A DNA stretch of 63,219 nt, filler included, from Chiloscyllium plagiosum (Eukaryota), in the NCBI RefSeq assembly GCF_004010195.1. It is 5 parts of one record of this genome, joined end to end, with 100 filler letters (N's around TTAATTAATTAA, not from the genome) between each part and the next. Parts side by side here need not be neighbours in the genome. Positions count along the whole stretch, not along the records: positions 57,554 to 63,219 come from NC_057714.1; 4 more parts are not named here. The stretch is one strand, 5' to 3'. The notes under the pieces are model-generated. The model had not been told where the DNA came from. It did no database searches and saw nothing but the letters and a program-made list of their open reading frames with translations. The translations under genes and the position numbers were made by a program. Below are positions 60,788 to 63,219 of the stretch, piece by piece (the first letter of the stretch is position 1; each line of letters begins with the position of its first letter).

Positions 60788-61117
60788 GATGGCCTAGCGG
60801 TGTTTATCACCAGACTACCAAGCCGGAGTGTCCTGGTGACCGGGGTTCAAGCCCCAACATGCCAGAGGGTGAAATTTGAATTCAGTTAAGAATCCAATGA
60901 TGGCCAGGAATCTGTTGGGGCCAATTGTCAAAAAAACCCCATTTGATGTCCCTTTCGGGAAGGAAGCTGCCATATTTACCTGGTCTGGGCCTACACGTGA
61001 TTCCAGACCCACAGTGAGGTTGTTGACACTCTTAACTGCTCCCCTCTGGGCAATTAGGGATAGGCAATAAATGCTAGGCCCAGCCAGCGACCCCCTCATC
61101 CCATGAATGAATAAAGA
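60788..61117 (+). mobile_element. tRNA-derived SINE, near full length
   Basis: A-box TGGCCTAGCGG, B-box GGTTCAAGCCC, tail CATCCCATGAATGAATAAAGAAA. Confidence 0.75.
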
Positions 61118-61664
61118 AAGACTGGAAAAGGTTTTAAAAGATTTACAGAGGTTCGGAGGTGTCGGGATAGGCTGGAATTTTTTTCCCTGGAGCGTTGGAG
61201 GCTGAGGGGTGACCTTACAGAGGTTTATAAAATCACGAGGGGTGTGGATAAGGTAAATAGGCAAGGTCTTTTCCCTGGAGTGGGGGGGGAGTCCAGAACT
61301 AGAGGGCATAGAACATAGAACATAAGTGTAGCATGATGTTGCGGCTCCGGAGCACACTCTTAACTGCCCCCCTCTGGGCAATTAGGGATAGGCAATAAAT
61401 ACTAGGCCCTCATCCCATGAATGAATAAAGAAAGACTGGAAAAGGTTTTAAAAGATTTACAGAGGTTCGGAGGTGTCGGGATAGGCTGGAATTTTTTTCC
61501 CTGGAGCGTTGGAGGCTGACGGGTGACCTTACAGAGGTTTATAAAATCACGAGGGGTGTGGATAAGGTAAATAGGCAAAGTCTTTTCCCTGGAGTGGGGG
61601 AGAGTCCAGAACTAGAGGGCATAGAACATAGAACATAAGTGTAGCATGATGTTGCGGCTCCGGA
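61026..61664 (+). repeat. Tandem duplication of a ~320-bp SINE/CR1 chimeric segment
   Basis: 61026-61351 and 61354-61664 are near-identical; copy 2 lacks CAGCCAGCGACCCC. Confidence 0.92.
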
Positions 61665-62780
61665 ACTCAACCCTTCCAGCAATAAAACCTACCACACCGT
61701 GTGCCTTCTTAGCAGCACTGTGCACCTGGGTGGCAACTTTCAGGGATCTATGTACACGGACTCCAAGGTCCCTCTGCACATCCACACGACCAAGAATCTT
61801 TCCATTGACCTAGTACTCTGCCTTCCTGTTATTCTTCCCAAAGTGCATCACCTCACATTTAGCTGCATTGAACTCCATTTGCCACCTCTCAGCCCAATTC
61901 TGCAGTTTATCCAAGTCCCCCTGCAACCTGTAACATTCTTCCAAACTGTCCACTACTCCACCAACTTTAGTATCGCCTGCAAACTTACTAATCCATCCAC
62001 CTTTGTCCGCATAGGTTGAAGGTGAGAGGGGAAAGGGGCAACTTTTTCACAAAGAGGGTGGTGCGTGTATGGAATGAGCTGCCAGAGGAAGGGGTGGAGG
62101 CTGGTACAATGGCAACATTTAAAAGGCATCTGGATGGGGACATGAATAGGAAGGGTTTGGAGGGGATATGGGCCGGGTGCTGGCAAATGGGACTAGATTA
62201 AGTTCGGATAGCTGGGTCAGCATGGACGAGTTGGGCCGAGGGGTCTGTTTCTGTGCTGTATGACCCTCCTAACGTTCGAATCCCACAGAAGGACAATCGC
62301 TGTTGCTTCCTATGGCATCGTTTGGCATTCCTGGCGCCGAATGTGGTCGTCAAGATTGGGTTGTTGGACACTGGGAAAGACGAGAGAGAGGTTTGGGCCA
62401 ATTCTCCCGGGAGCAGGGAAGGTTAAGAGGTGACCTTACTGAGGCGTTCAAATCAATGAGCAACTTTGACAGGGTGAAGAGGGATGTCCTGCCTCTATCT
62501 CAGTAATTAAGGTGAGGGGGTGAGGGGGTTGGGGGGGGGGTCACTATTTCAAGATTGTCAGCGAGAGACAGCTCGGAGTGAGATGGGGAGAAACTTCCTT
62601 ATCCAGAGACTTATTAGGATTTGGGATTCACTGTCTGGGAGAGGCAGATTCCATTGGAGAGCTGGATATATATTTGAAAGGGATTAACTTAGAGGGCGAC
62701 AGAGAGTGGGTTGGAGAGTGGGACTATCTGTTTCGGGAGCTGGGATAGACACGACGGGCCGAATGGCCACCCTCTGTTAT
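61665..62780. mobile_element. Cluster of CR1 fragments (61665-62000 minus; 62010-62265 plus; 62390-62780 plus)
   Basis: RGNFFTKRVVRVWNELPEE; RLRGDLTEAFK; CATCGCCTGCAAACTT-type (KFADD) block at ~61972. Confidence 0.8.
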
Positions 62781-63219
62781 AATTCCCAGCGCGGGGAGGC
62801 GTGAGACCATTGCAGTGGTGACCATCATAACCAGCGCAAGGAGCCTGTCTGTGCGGATTTTGCTCACCAGCAAGACTCACCCGTAGCCATCCCCTCAACT
62901 GCCTTTTGTGAGATTGTCTCTGACGCTGATGGCCTGAGCGATGTCCGAACGATTAGCTTCCTGCGCTGCCCTGCGTCATTTCCACTCACGTCTCTCTCCC
63001 TCTCCTCAACTGGTTCTGTCCTGGCTGACGTGTTTCTGCAGTGCTCACCTCCTGGACATTTGAGAGTTCCTCTCTCTCCTCCCCTTCCCTTACCACCCTC
63101 CCCCCCCCCCCCCCCACTCACTCAGCCCTCTGTCCCCATTCCCTCTCCCATCACTTAGTGTCTCACTCCCAAAACCTTCCCCAGCCGCCCTCTGACCAAC
63201 CCTTTCCCAGACCCAGACG

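Overview
This is eukaryotic, repeat-rich DNA with no recognisable host gene. The repeat families (HE1-type V-SINEs, many CR1 LINEs, Penelope-like elements, Rex1/Babar, RTE, L1 and Tx1 LINEs, a Harbinger relic) point to a cartilaginous fish, most likely a shark; this is inference from family recognition, not a database result. Four 100-bp assembly gaps (44 N + TTAATTAATTAA + 44 N) break the window. Nearly every credible ORF is a transposon fragment. The long overlapping ORFs at 51.8-57.5 kb come from a 24-bp minisatellite whose consensus has no stop codon in any of six frames. Best leads: (1) a Penelope-like insertion with a 15-bp target-site duplication that carries an inverted ~640-bp copy of DNA lying ~1.2 kb upstream; (2) several minimal type-I hammerhead ribozymes in Penelope ends, some with intact cores; (3) a nested young CR1 whose 5' end is an array of 110-bp monomers with inverted splice-donor motifs around a TATA-like core; (4) a possible minus-strand promoter/first exon at ~62.9 kb and a recursive-splice-like AG|GTAAG site at ~2.9 kb, both speculative. 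I found no convincing new multi-gene system. Boundaries of old repeats are approximate.
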